64,000 nucleotides of DNA from Anaeramoeba ignava BMAN (Eukaryota; Protista; Anaeramoebae): assembly GCA_028826165.1 (NCBI GenBank), contig JAPDFW010000121.1, positions 62,001 to 126,000 of the forward strand, in the 5' to 3' direction. The notes beneath the pieces are model-generated. The model had not been told where the DNA came from, did no database searches, and worked only from the letters and a program-made list of their open reading frames with translations. The translations under genes and the position numbers were made by a program. Below are positions 11,441-24,470 of the stretch, piece by piece (the stretch's first letter is position 1; every line of letters starts with the position of its first letter).

Positions 11441-14400
11441 TTAAAACCTTTTCATAAAAAGAAGAATTTGTGAAATTTCTTGATTAATTGGAAATTGAAA
11501 ATAAGAAAGAGAATCTTCAAGTTTTTTTTTTAAATTATCTAAAGAATTTGGGTATTTAATTAATTGTTCAGAATTTTTTTGAATAAGATTTTGAATCCAA
11601 TTTAAAATAACTTGTGGATTTGAATTAAAACAAGTTCCAAAGCATTAAAATCATTGATAATAATTCACTTTTTTCAAGATAAAAATTTTCAAAAAATGTT
11701 TTTGGATCATTACTTGTAAAAAATTCTAATAATTTTTGTGAATTTCGAAGAAATAATAATTGTCCTAAATCTTGAGAAATTGGTTTTAAATTTTGATTTT
11801 CGAATTGATTTTCAAATTGATTTTGATTTTCGAATTGATTTTGAAATAAATTTTGAAATTGAAATTGAAATTGATTTTCAAATTGATTTTGATTTTGATT
11901 TTGATTTTCAAATTGATTTTGATTTTCAAATTGATTTTGATTTTCAAATTGATTTTGATTTTCAAATTGATTTTGATTTTCAAATTGATTTTGATTTTGA
12001 TTTTCAAATTGATTTTGATTTTGATTTTGATTTTGATTTTGATTTTGATTTTGATTTTGATTTTGATTTTGATTTTCGAATTGATTTTGATTTTGATTTT
12101 GATTTTGAAATTTTTGGATTAAAGATTCAAAAATTTGAGTACTATCTCTTAAAATACTAGATAATTTACTTTGAATTATTCTTGATTGATTTGATTGTTG
12201 AATATTTAATTTAAATTTTGAATTTCTTGAATTTTTTGTTGAGTAAATACTTGCTTTTGATTTTCTGTTAAAGTTAGTTTCTGATTTGAAAAATGTGAAA
12301 GAAATTCATGTGTAAGATTTTCAATAAATTTATTTGAAATTTGTGAGGTCATTATATTTATGGATTGATCTTCTTTTTGGTTGTAAAAATGAATGTATTC
12401 TTGAGTTTTTTGTTTTGATAACATTATCCAAAATTTGAGTTAAAATTGGCTTGATTTTTTCAAAATAAGAAACTTGAATTTTATTCCATAAACTTTGATT
12501 TATTGTTGAAATTGTGATATTTGTGTTATATTTTTCTTGAATTTGTTTCCATAGATTTGAAAACTGTGTATGAACTTCTATTATTTCTTTATCTATAAAT
12601 GCAATAAACTTATCTTTTTCTTTCATAATTTGTTCTGATTGATTATCACTATAAACTTTCAAAATTTTATTGATTTTCTCAAGTTGTTCTTTCTTATTTT
12701 GAAGTCGATTTTCATATTGAAGTTTCAAATTTTGTAATTTTCGAATTTCTTGTTTAAGTAATTCTTTATCATTTAATTCTTTATCATTTTGATTTTCTAT
12801 TTCATTAACATTTTGATTTTCATTTTCATTTTGATTTTCATTTTGATTTTGAATTTCATTTTTAATTTCATTTTCATTTTTAATTTCATTTTCATTTTCT
12901 ATTTCATTAACATTTTGATTTTCATTTTTAATTTCATTTTCATTTTGAATTTCATTTTGGTTATCACTTTCTATTTGGTCTAATGTTATTTCTTGATTTT
13001 TATTTTTATCATCATTTTCATTTTCATTATCATTTTCATTTTCATTATCATTTTCATTTTCATTTTCATTTTCATTTTCATTTTCATTTTTATTTTCATT
13101 TTTATTTTTATTTTGATTTTGATTTTCATTTTCATCATCATTTTCATTTTCATTTTCATTTTCATTTTGATTTTGATTTTCATTTTCATTTTCATCATCA
13201 TTTTCACTTTGATTTTGATTTTGATTTTGATTTTGATTTTGATTTTCATTTTCATTTTCATTTTGATTATCATTTTCTATTTGGTCTAATGTTATTTCAT
13301 TTTCTTGTGTTTTATTTTTATCATTATTTTCATTTTGATTTCCATTATCATTTTCATTATCATTTTTATTTTCATTATCATTTTTATTTTCATTTTCATT
13401 ATCATTTTCATTATCATTTTCATTATCATTTTTATTATCATTTTCATTTTCATTTTCATTATCATTATCATTATCATTATCATTATCATTTTCATTTTCA
13501 TTTTCATTTTTATTTTCATTATCATTTTCATTATCATTTTCATTATCATTTTCATTATCATTTTTATTATCATTTTCACTTTGATTTTGATTTTGATTTT
13601 GATTTTCATTTCCATTTTGATTATCATTTTCTATTTGGTCTAATGTTATTTCTTGTGCTTTATTTTTATCATTATTTTCATTTTGATTTTCATTATCATT
13701 TTCATTTTCATTATCACTTTCACTTTCACTTTCACTTTCATTTTCACTTTCATTTTCACTTTCATTTTCATTTTCATTTTCACTTTCACTTTCACTTTCA
13801 TTTTCATTATCATTTTCACTTTCATTTCCATCATCATTTTCATTTTCGTTTTCATTTTCATTTTCATTTTCATTTTCATTTTCATTATCATTTTCATTAT
13901 CATTTTCATTATCATTTTCATTATCATTTTCATTATCATTTTCATTATCATTTTCATTATCATTTTCATTATCATTTTCATTTTCATTTTCATTTTCATT
14001 ATCATTTTCATTATCATTTTCATTTTTGATTTTCATTTTTGATTTTCATTTTCATTTTCATTTTCATTATCATTTTCATTATCATTTTCATTATCATTTT
14101 CATTATCATTTTCATTATCATTTTCATTATCATTTTCATTTTTCATTATCATTTTCATTATCATTTTCATTTTCACTTTCATTATCATTTTCATTATCAT
14201 TTTCATTATCATTTTCATTTTCATTTTCATTATCATTTTCATTATCATTTTCATTATCATTTTCATTATCATTATCATTTTCATTATCATTTTCATTATC
14301 ATTTTCATTTTCATTTTCATTTTTATCATTTTCATTATCATTTTCATTATCATTATCATTTTCATTTTCATTATCATTTTCATTATCATTTTCATTATCA

Positions 14401-15215
14401 TTTTCATTATCATTTTTATTATCATTTTCATTATCGTTTTCATTTTGATTTTGATTTTGATTTTGATTTTGATTTTGATTTTGATTTTGATTTTGATTTT
14501 GATTTTGATTTTGATTTTGATTTTGATTTTGATTTTGATTTTGATTTTGATTTTGATTTTGATTTTGATTTTGATTTTGATTTTCATTTTGATTTTCATT
14601 ATCATTTTCATTATCATTTTCATTATCATTTTCATTATCATTTTCATTATCATTTTCATTATCATTTTCATTATCATTTTCATTTTCATTATCATTTTCA
14701 TTTTCATTATCATTTTCATTTTCATTTTCATTTTCATTTTGATTTTCATTTTTATTATCATTTTTATTTTTATTTTGATTTTGATTTTGATTTTGATTTT
14801 CATCATCATTTTCATTTTCATTTTCATTTTCATTTTCATTTTCATTTTCATTTTGATTTTCATTTTCATTTTCATTTTCATTTTCATTTTCATTTTCATT
14901 TTCATTTTCATTTTCATTTTCGCTTTGATTTTTATTATCAATTTCACTTTGATTTTGGATTTGAATTTGGTTTTGGTTATCATTTTCTATTTGGTCTAAT
15001 GTTATTTCTTGGTTTTTATTTTCTGTAATTTGATTTTCCATTTTAAATAAGTGAAATAATTTTTATAAAAAAAAAAAGAAAAAAATTTGTTCAAAATTTA
15101 AATTTAATTGCAAAAAAAAATATAATTAATTACTATCATTTCCATTATCAATATTATTTAAGTTTTCTTTTTCAAGTGGATTTAAAATATTTTTAGAAAT
15201 TGTTTGAGAATCCAT
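11441..15215 (-). CDS. Hypothetical protein dominated by Asn/Asp/Glu/Gln low-complexity repeats with a recurring EITLDQIE(N/S)DNQ unit, then a coiled coil and helical C-terminus; several apparent frameshifts
   Basis: ATG at 15215 preceded by an Inr-like motif. ORFs 15041, 14036 and 12424 are collinear; the reading frame ends at TAA 11441-11443. Confidence 0.5.
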
Positions 15216-15301
15216 TTTAAAAAATTAGAAAAGAAAAAAATGAAAAAAAAAAAGGAAAAAAAAAAATAAAAAAATTTTTTAATAACAAATTTTTTTATTT
15301 T

Positions 15302-16135
15302 TTATTTTTTTTTTGAATTGCAATTATGATGTAAAGGATTTCTATGATTTAAACAAAAATTTTTTCCACATTTAGAACATCTTGCTTCAAATGGTTCTCT
15401 TTTTCCACAACCAGGAAAAGTACATCTAAATTTATGTCCAATTTTTGATAAATGAGTTTTACATCCACTTTCAATATGTTGATTAACCTAAATTAAAATT
15501 AAAATAAAATTTAAAATTAAAATTTAAAATCAAAATTAAAATTAAAATTTAAATTAAAATTAAAATTAATATTAAAATTAAAATTAAATTCAAAATTAAA
15601 ATTAAAATTTAAAATTAAAATTCATTTATAAAATTAAAATTAAAATTAAAATTAAAATTAAAATTAAAATTAAAATTAAAATTGAAATCAAAATTAAAAT
15701 TAAATTTAATATTAAAATCAAAATTAAAATTCATTTATAAAATTAAAATTAATATTAAAATCAAAATTAAAATTAAAATTAATATTAAAATTAAAATTAA
15801 AATTGAAATTAAAATTAAAATTAAAATTAAAATTAAAATTATAATAAAAATTAAAATTAAAATTTAAAATGCTTTTTTTTTACAATATTATTAACATCTT
15901 CATTGGGTTTAACAATAACAACTTTTCCACAAATTGGACAAGAAGGAACAACTCTATCAATTTTCTTTTCAAATTTTGGACAATTATGTTTTTCTGGATT
16001 TGAATGATCTGAACAAAAAGATTTCCCACAAAGTTCGCATTTTATAGGAAGAAAATCAAGTCTTTTACATTCAGAAAATGAACAATTAACTCCCCATCCT
16101 AATTCATCATATTCTTCTTCTTTTGTTGTTGTCAT
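15302..16135 (-). CDS. AN1-type zinc finger protein (ZFAND2/AIRAP-like); intron 15488-15883
   Basis: CSFSECKRLDFLPIKCELCGKSFCSDH..HNC, CPICG..VNQHIESGC and a second AN1 finger CTFPGC..CSKCGKNFCLNHR..HNC. Confidence 0.88.
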
Positions 16136-16150
16136 TTAAATTTTTAAAAA

Positions 16151-16394
16151 AAAATGAAAAAAATGAAAAATGAAAAATGAAAAAAATGAAAAAAAAAATA
16201 ATCTTTTAAACATAAAATTTAAAGTCAGAATTATTCTTGTTTTTTTGAGAAAATATTTTTAAAAAATAAATTTTAAAACAATTTAAAATAAATTTAAAGT
16301 CAAATTAAAATCAAAATGTTTTTTTTTTCTGTTTACAAAAAAAAATAATATTTTTTTTAATTTTTTAAATTTTCATTTTTTTCATTTTTTTTAA
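16151..16394. promoter_or_regulatory. Divergent promoter with tandem Inr-like TTTCATTTT motifs on each sense strand (example of a window-wide motif)
   Basis: Four to five TTTTCATTTT copies upstream of the minus-strand ATG at 16135 and two upstream of the plus-strand ATG at 16395. Confidence 0.55.
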
Positions 16395-18301
16395 ATGCAA
16401 ATTCCAAATTTTTTTCCCAAAGAACAAAAAGAAGAAGAAGAAACTGGACCAACAAAATTAATTCTTTCTAAAAAACAACGATTTGCACATTTATTAGATG
16501 ATTTTACTGTTTATTATCCCAAAAAATCAAGAGGAGATCGAAGTGTTGGAAGTGTTCAAACTGATAAACCATTTAAAACAACAGAAGTTAGTTTAAAATT
16601 AAATTCTAAAAAAAAAAAGCAATTTCAATTAAAATTTTTTTTCTAAATTTTTTTTTAAAAGAGAGTTGGTTATTTTGAAGTTGAAATTGTTGAAGTTGGT
16701 GTTGAAGGTTCAATTTCAATTGGTGTTAGTGAAGAAGATTTTAAAATTACTTCTCATGTTGGTTGGGAAAATGATAATAGTTATGGTTGGCATTGTGATG
16801 GTAGTTCTTTCAAAATATATTTGAATCTTTTATACTTTATTTCTTTTAATTCCAAATCAAAATTCATTTATAAAATTCATTTATAAAATTAAAATTAAAA
16901 TCAAAATTGAAATTAAAATTAAAATTAAAATTAAAATAAAAATTAAAATTAAAATTAAAATCAAATTTAAAATTCATTTATAAAATTAAAATTTAAATTA
17001 ATATTAAAATTAAAATTAAAATTAAAATTAAAATTAAAATTAAAATTAAAATTAAAATCAAAATTAAAATTAAAATTAAAATTAATATTAAAATTCATTT
17101 ATAAAATTAAAATTAAAATTAAAATTAAAATTAAAATTAAAATTCATTTATAAAATTAAAATTAAAATTAAAATTAAAATTAAAATTAAAATTAAAATTA
17201 AAATCAAAATTAAAAATTAAAAATTATAATTAAAATCCATTTATAAAATTAGATGGAAGAAAATTTCATCATAGTAGTAATGGAGAACGTTTTGGTCCAA
17301 CATCAACAAAAGGTGACATTATTGGATGTTGTGTTGATTTTCATCGTCAAATAATTTTCTTTACAAAAAATGGAGAATTTGTAGATATTGCTTGGACAAA
17401 TGTTATTGGAACATTTTATCCAACTGTTGGTCTTCATTCAAAAGGAGAAGTTGCAAAAATAAGATTAAAACATCCTTTTAAATATAATATTCAGCGTTAT
17501 ATTACTGTGAATATAAAATATTTATAAAAAAATTAAAATATTTATAAAAAAATTAAAATGTAAAAAAAAGATTGAAAAACAAAAAGAAAAGGAATTGATT
17601 CACAAACAACTTCTTGATCAAAATATCCCTCTTAATTTAATTCGTTCTTATTTATTTATTAAAGGATCTTTTGGAGCTTTAGCTAAAACTGGATTAATAA
17701 TAAATGAAAAAGATCAAGAAAAAGTTCAAATTCAACAAAAATTTAAAACTTTGATTTTAAATGGAGATATTCCTCAAACAATAGAATTATTGGAAATTCA
17801 TTTTCCAACTTTAATTATCAATCCAGAAATAATTGAACAATATTTAATGGAAAAATTCAAAATCAAAATCAAAATCAAAACGAAAATGAAAAAGAAATCC
17901 TTAAAAAATATCATTTAACAATTAAAATCTTTTCTCAAAATGTTATTGAACTGATAAAACAGAAAAAAACTCAAGAAGCTTTGGATTTCTGTTCCAAAAA
18001 ATTAATTCCATTTCTTGAAGTGGAAAAAAAATTCAATCAAAATTTATATTCAAAAGATATTGAACAGATTCTTGGATTAATTGCTTATACAAACCCAAAA
18101 ATCTCTCCTTTAAAAGATTTGTTTAAAAAAAAACTCAGAAAAGAACTTCTCATTTTGTTATCAAAAGAAATTTCATTTAATTTTGTTTTTGGTTCAGCAA
18201 ATGCTCTTGAAAAAAATGTAAAGCAGTTAATTCTTTGTCAAAATTGTGATAGAAATATTCGAAGAGAAGGAAAAGGAGAAAATTTTCATTTTAATTTTTA
18301 A
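16395..18301 (+). CDS. SPRY-LisH/CTLH-CRA protein (RanBP9/10, GID/CTLH E3 subunit-like); introns ~16587-16661, 16801-17252, 17507-17570; apparent frameshift near 17850
   Basis: Spliced translation GYFEVEI..VGWENDNSYGWHCDDGRKF..FGP..GDIIGC..FFTKNG..YPTVGLHS, followed by LILNGDI..IE (CTLH) and LGLIAYTNP..SPL (CRA). Confidence 0.82.
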
Positions 18302-18329
18302 TTTTAATTTTAATTTTAATTTTGATTTT

Positions 18330-18618
18330 AATTATTAAATTTTTTAATTGAAAATAATCAATTTTAATTTTAATTTCATTAATTATTTCTTTTGTAATTT
18401 GAATTCCATTTTTAATTTGATTTGAATAAATCCAATATTCAAATATTTGAAATGATTTATTACTTAATTCACTATAATCTGTAACTTTATTAAAAGTATC
18501 ATTTGTAACAGATAAAAACATTCCTCGATATAATTCACTTCTCATTATTAATATTAATTTAGGAAATTTATATTGTTTTTCTTTTCTTTCAATTATAAAA
18601 TCTTTTTCATTTTCATTT
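18330..18618 (-). pseudogene. 3' fragment of an RCC1-BTB paralogue (second BTB only)
   Basis: Near-identical to the KDFIIERKEKQYKFPKLILIMRSELYRGMF..IDYFQL block of the array. No upstream exon, and a deletion before the terminus. Confidence 0.8.
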
Positions 18619-19230
18619 CAAAAATGGAATAAAGAATATTAAATAATTAAATTTAAAATTAATTATATTTTATATATTTTATTAATATTTCTTTATTTAA
18701 AATAATATAAAATTATTCTCAATAATTTAATAAAATAAATAAAATCTTTTAATTAATTTATTTCAAAAATGGAATAAAGAATATTAAATAATTAAATTTA
18801 AAATTAATTCTATTTTATATATTTTATTAATATTTCTTTATTTAAAATAATATAAAATTATTCCCAATAATTTAATAAAATTGAGAAGAAAATTGAAATA
18901 TTTTAATAAAAATAAATATTTAATTTTAATAATATTTAATAATAATTTAATTTAAATTTATTTTATTTTAATCTGAAATAATATTTTTATTTATTATATT
19001 AATATTTTTAATTATTTATTATTCCAATTTTAATTATAATAAAATATATTAAAAAATGTGGAATAAATATTTTAATAAATATATATATTTAATTTTAATA
19101 ATATTTAATAATAATTTAATTTAAATCTATTTTAATTTAATTTGATATAATGTTTTTATTTATTATATTAATATTTTTAATTATTTATTATTCCAATTTT
19201 AATTATAATAAAATATATTAAAAATAAAAT
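18619..19230. repeat. AT-rich tandem duplications (about 145-bp unit x2 at 18619/18764, about 170-bp unit x2 at ~18900-19225)
   Basis: CAAAAATGGAATAAAGAATATT recurs 145 bp apart. ATTATTTATTATTCCAATTTTAATTATAATAAAATATATT recurs here and again in the intron at 19880-20145. Confidence 0.75.
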
Positions 19231-19695
19231 TAAAAATTAAAAATTTTAAATAAATTGAATTTAACATGATTGGATAAGATAAACTTTCTAAAAAAATAAT
19301 TTACTAATTATTCTATTTTTGATTTTTGATTATAATTTATTAATATTTAAATATTAATTAATAATAAATTTTATTTGATTTTTTTTATTTTAATATTTTA
19401 ATTAATGAATCTAAATTTAATTATTATTAATTTCTATTTTCTATTTTTATTTTTATTTATTATATTAAAAATATTCAATTTTTTAAAATTTATTATTTTT
19501 TTTTTTGGATTATTTTTTATTAATTAAATTTTTAATAAATATTTTAAATTAAAATTAAATTATTTAAAATTAAATTTGTTTCTTATTTATTATTTTAAAG
19601 AAATTAATTTGATTAAAAGTAAATTAAAATTGAATTAAATTTTGAAAAAAAAAAATTAAAAAAAAAAGTTTGATTTTCTTATTATTAATTAATTT

Positions 19696-21574
19696 TTAAA
19701 TGAAATAAGATTCAACTTCATCAACAACCCATGAATTATAAGAACCAGCTAAATAACTTTGTGCTTCATTTGATTGATAAGTAATTCCATTAGGTAGATT
19801 ATAACTGTAACCAAAATTTGACCAACCAGCTTGTAAATCAGAACGTAATTCAAAATCACTACCTATTTTAATAAATATAAATATTTTAATTTTAAGTTTA
19901 AATAATATTTTTATTTATTATATTAATATTTTTAATTATTTATTATTCCAATTTTAATTATAATAAAATATATTAAAAAAAATGGAATAAATATTTTAAT
20001 AAATATATAAATATTTAATTTTAATAATAATTAATAGTAATTTAATTTAGATTTATTTTATTTTAATTTGAAATAATACTTTCATTTATTATATTAATAT
20101 TTTGGATTATTTATTATTTTAATTTTAATTATAATAATAAATATTTATTAAATAAAAAATTATTTATATTTACTTCCAAAAGTTGGACCATAGCTTGAAG
20201 TAGAATAAATTGCATATTGAGGTTGTTTAATTGTAAACTTTGCAGGTTTTCTATCCCCTTTATCATTTCTTAATGAAAAAATAAATGCATTTGAATCATT
20301 AATGTATTCTCCATATCTTGAATGTTTAAATCCAACTCGAGTAAAACCTCCAAAAATAAAATTATCTTTTGTTTTGATAATAACTAATGTTTTTCCTTTC
20401 CCATCAACTTTTGAATGCCAATTTTGAGAATTAAATCCATCTCTTTTTGCTGAAAATCCTTTTTTCATTTTAGAAAAAAAATCATTATCATTTATCCATT
20501 CTTGTAATTTCTTTTGGAATTCCATTTCTTGTTTCATTTTCTCATTCTCTTCTTTCATTTTCTCAACTTCTTTCTTCCATTTATCTTCAATTTCTTTCTC
20601 TTTATTTTTTACTTTTTTTTCTTCCATTTCTCTTCAATTTCAATTTTCATTTGTTGATTTTCTTTCTCTTTCTCTTCAAATTCTTTCTTCCATTTCTCTT
20701 CAATTTCTTTCTCTTTGTTTTCAATTTCTTTGTTTTGAATATCAATTAAAAAATAATTTGGAAGAAAAATATCAAATTGTTTTAATTTATCAAAATCTTG
20801 TTTTGAAATTGAATCTTTATCAAATAATGAAAAAAAAGAATGAAATAATCTTTTCTTTGCATTCATTTTGTGTTTATATTTCATTCCTTTTAAGGATTTA
20901 ACTCTTTTTTCAATCCAATTATTTAAAAATTGAAAAAAATCAAATTGAAAAATTTCTTTTTTTTGTTGTTTAAATTGAATAAATTTGATAATTTCTTCTT
21001 TAGTTAAATTGAATAAATTTTCATTATTTTGAATTTGGGAAAAATTTTGATTTATTAATTCAAAACATTTTATTTCAATTTCATTTGAATTTAAATTTCG
21101 ATTTTGGAATAAAAATTGGAAAAAATTTGAATAATTAATTGAATTTGAAATTTTTTTTTGAATAATTTCTTTCAATAAATTTAATTTAAAATAAATTGAA
21201 ATTTCCAATAATTGAATAAGATTTTCTTGATTCTCAAAAGAAATATTTCCATAATAAATATAACTCAAAATTGATTCCATTTCTCTTTTATTAAATTGTC
21301 TTAAAAAAATCTTATTAATCTGATCTCTATCTCTTAAAAACTCATTAAAAAAAGAAGATCTTGAAGATAAAATTGATTTATGAACTTTAATTTCAAAAGT
21401 ATTTGGTTCTTTCTCAACAAAAATTGAAAAATCTTTAAATGAATTTCCATTTAAAAGGTTTGAATAATTTTTAATTAAATTTTTTGTTACTTTTTTTTCT
21501 AAATTTTTCATTTCATTTTCATTTTGATTTTGATTTGCATTTTGAATTTGGTTATTATTATTATTATTATCCAT
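19696..21574 (-). CDS. BTB/POZ (+BACK-like) - coiled coil - TLDc domain protein; intron 19863-20173; apparent frameshift near 20615
   Basis: FKDFSI..IKVHKSILSSRSSFF (BTB); FSAKRDGFNSQNWHSKVDGKGKTLVIIKTKDNFIFGGFT..YGPTFG, last exon SNFGYSY..YLAGSYNSWVVDEVESYFI (TLDc). Confidence 0.85.
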
Positions 21575-22004
21575 TTTGTGTTTTGTTTTTTGTTTTTGTT
21601 TTTTTGTTTTTGTTTGTTTTTTGTTTTTTGGTTTTTAAAAAAAAAGGAAAAAAATGAAAAAAAAAATTTAAATAAAAAAATTTAAATAAAAAAGTGGATT
21701 TTGAAAATAAATAAAAATATAAAAAATAAGAATAAATTTAAATTAATAATTAATTTAATTTTCTTTTTAATTTATTATTTTAAATTAATTTATTAATAAA
21801 TTATTATTATTTTTTATTAGTTTTTATTATTAAAAAAAAAGGAAAATTATTTTAATTTAATTTTTAATTTAATTTTTTTTTTTGGAATTTAAAAATTATT
21901 AATAAATTTAAATTTTAAAACAAATTTTCAAATTAATATTAATTCAATTTAATTCAAAAAAAAGATAAAATTTTAATTTCAAAAATCAATTTTCAAAATA
22001 TTTT

Positions 22005-22420
22005 TAAATAATAAAATATTTAAATCTAAAAACAATAAATTATTATTTTAATAATAAAATTAAATATTAAATTATATTTTAAAATTAAATTATAAATTAA
22101 ATATTAAATTAATTTTAAATATTTTCATTTTTTATATTTTTATGTTAAATATTTAAATAATAAAATATTTAAATCTAAAACAATAAATTATTATTTTAAT
22201 AATAAAATTAAATATTAAATTATATTTTTAAATTAATTTATTAATTAAATATTAAATTAAATCTATTTTCATTTTTATATTTATATGTTAAATATTTAAA
22301 TAATAAAATATTTAAATCTAAAACATTAAATTATTATTTTAATAATAAAATTAAACATAAAATTATATTTTTAAATTGATTTATAAATTAAATATTAAAT
22401 TAAATCTGTTCTTATTTTTT
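22005..22420. repeat. About 145-bp AT-rich satellite, ~3 copies; reverse complement of the 63378-64000 array
   Basis: TAAATCTAAAA(A)CA recurs at ~22021, 22171 and 22314. Confidence 0.75.
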
Positions 22421-22427
22421 ATTAATT

Positions 22428-24254
22428 TTAATTATTAAATTTGTTAATTAATAAATCAAATAAATTTGGATTTGTTTGATTTAATTGAAAATAATCAATT
22501 CCAATTTGAATTTCATCAATAATTTCTTGTGTAATTTGAATTTCATTTTTAATTTGATTTGAATAAATCCAATATTCAAATATTTGAAATGATTTATTAC
22601 TTAATTCACTATAATCTGTAACTTTATTAGAAGTATCATTTGTAACAGATAAAAACATTCCTCGATATAATTCACTTCTCATTATTAATATTAATTTAGG
22701 AAATTTATATTGTTTTTCTTTTCTTTCAATAATAAAATCTTTTTCTTTTTCATTTTCATTTTCATTTAAATAAATTCTTTTCATTGTTTCTTCAATTTTT
22801 TCATTTGAATTTATAATTTCTTTAATTTCATAATATAATTTTGGATTTATTATTCTGTTTGAATAAATCATTTCAAATATTTGATTTGATTCTTTAATTG
22901 ATTTTTTTGAAATAATTTCTTGAAGTTTTTCAATTTGATTTTCATCTTTTAATCTATATTTCAATATTAATTTATGAGCTTCAATTATTTCTCCATTTTT
23001 GGTTTTAAATGAAATATCACAAAATTCTTTTCTTTTAAATAATTTTATCAAATCTTCTTCAAGATTGGAAAAAGGAGAATAATAATAAAGAAATGATTTA
23101 TTATATCCACAAGAAATATGATAATTAGAAATTTCTTCATTAAATCTTAATTTAGGAAGTTCAATTTGAATTGGAATTAATTGATATTTTATATTTTCAA
23201 TTCCTAATTGATCAAAATAATTACTTCCAAATCCAATTAGTTTCCCTTTTAATGTTAAAATCAAAGTATAATTATATCCACAAGAAAAATCAAGAATATC
23301 ATCATCATTTTCAAATAAAGATGATTTGATTTCAGTAAATTCATAAGTATTTTCATCTTTGCCAAGTCCATTAAAAAAAGCTCTTCCACATGAATAAAGT
23401 TTTCTTTTTGTATTTTCATTTTCATTTTCATTTTCATTTTCATTTTCATTTTCATTTTCATTTTCATTTTCATTTTCATTTTCATTTTCAATTAACATTA
23501 TTGAATGAAATTCTCCACATTGAATATCAATTATTTTGCCTTTTGGAATATTTTGGATTTTGGTTAATTTTTGGATTTTTGTTTCATATCTTTTTGATTC
23601 TCCTAATCCAAGTTTTCCATAGTGATTATATCCGCATCCAAATAATTCTTGATTTGAATTTAAAAGAAAAATATTTTTTGAAGAATTTCCTGAAAATATT
23701 TTAGAAACATTTTTCATCATTAAAATTGGTTTTTCTGTTTTTGGAAGTGTTTTAGAATCAAAACCAAGTTGAGCAAAATGATTTGAACCAATTCCATAAA
23801 CATTTTGATTTGAAGTTAATAAGTAAATTGTACTGTATCCAGAAACAATATCTTCAATTATTCTATCATTTGTATCTTCAATTAATGATGAAATATTGAT
23901 AAATTCTTTTGGATTTTTTGGATTAATATCTCTTCCTTTGGCAAATACATTTCCTTCTATTGTTAAAATAGCTTCATTGTGAGAACCAACAGTTACTTTT
24001 TGAATATTTTCTTCAATTTGGATTTTTTCAGGATTTTGTTTTGAATCATTTTCATTTAAATATTCTATTGCTTTTCCATTTTTAAAAAGGAAAATTGTTG
24101 AAAAACCTCCTGATGAAATTTGTTTAATTTGTTTTTCATTTTCATTTTCATTTTCATTTTCAAATTTAAATTGAATTGGTTTTGTTATTTCATTTGTTTC
24201 ATTTTTGATAAGTTTTGGATCATAATTTAAACCAAAAAATAAACAATCATTCAT
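22428..24254 (-). CDS. RCC1-repeat + tandem BTB protein (copy 1, no CaaX)
   Basis: RCC1 blades (GSN..QLG, CG.N..G.LG, CG..H/YT) followed by FCDISF..AHKLIL and KDFII..LILIMRSELYRGMF BTB domains. Confidence 0.9.
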   Translation of the reverse strand: MNDCLFFGLNYDPKLIKNETNEITKPIQFKFENENENENEKQIKQISSGGFSTIFLFKNGKAIEYLNENDSKQNPEKIQIEENIQKVTVGSHNEAILTIEGNVFAKGRDINPKNPKEFINISSLIEDTNDRIIEDIVSGYSTIYLLTSNQNVYGIGSNHFAQLGFDSKTLPKTEKPILMMKNVSKIFSGNSSKNIFLLNSNQELFGCGYNHYGKLGLGESKRYETKIQKLTKIQNIPKGKIIDIQCGEFHSIMLIENENENENENENENENENENENENENTKRKLYSCGRAFFNGLGKDENTYEFTEIKSSLFENDDDILDFSCGYNYTLILTLKGKLIGFGSNYFDQLGIENIKYQLIPIQIELPKLRFNEEISNYHISCGYNKSFLYYYSPFSNLEEDLIKLFKRKEFCDISFKTKNGEIIEAHKLILKYRLKDENQIEKLQEIISKKSIKESNQIFEMIYSNRIINPKLYYEIKEIINSNEKIEETMKRIYLNENENEKEKDFIIERKEKQYKFPKLILIMRSELYRGMFLSVTNDTSNKVTDYSELSNKSFQIFEYWIYSNQIKNEIQITQEIIDEIQIGIDYFQLNQTNPNLFDLLINKFNN

Positions 24255-24357
24255 TTTTGAAAAGAAAAAAATGAAAAAAATAAATTTTGGAATTTTGATT
24301 TTTTGATTTTATTAACATTAATTCTAAAAACAATTTCTTCTTTGATTTTTCATTTCA

Positions 24358-24470
24358 TTTTCCAAACTAAATAATAGTTTCTTCTCCATTTGCTATTCTT
24401 TTTAAATGAGCTTCAGTTTTTGGACCAGTTTTATGAACAAGTTGAGATAATAAACCATTTGGATTTTGAA
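24358..24470 (-). pseudogene. Orphan C-terminal fragment resembling the end of an ABCC/MRP transporter
   Basis: Translates to LQNPNGLLSQLVHKTGPKTEAHLKRIANGEETII*, similar to the post-NBD2 tail of ABCC proteins. No upstream gene body. Confidence 0.5.
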
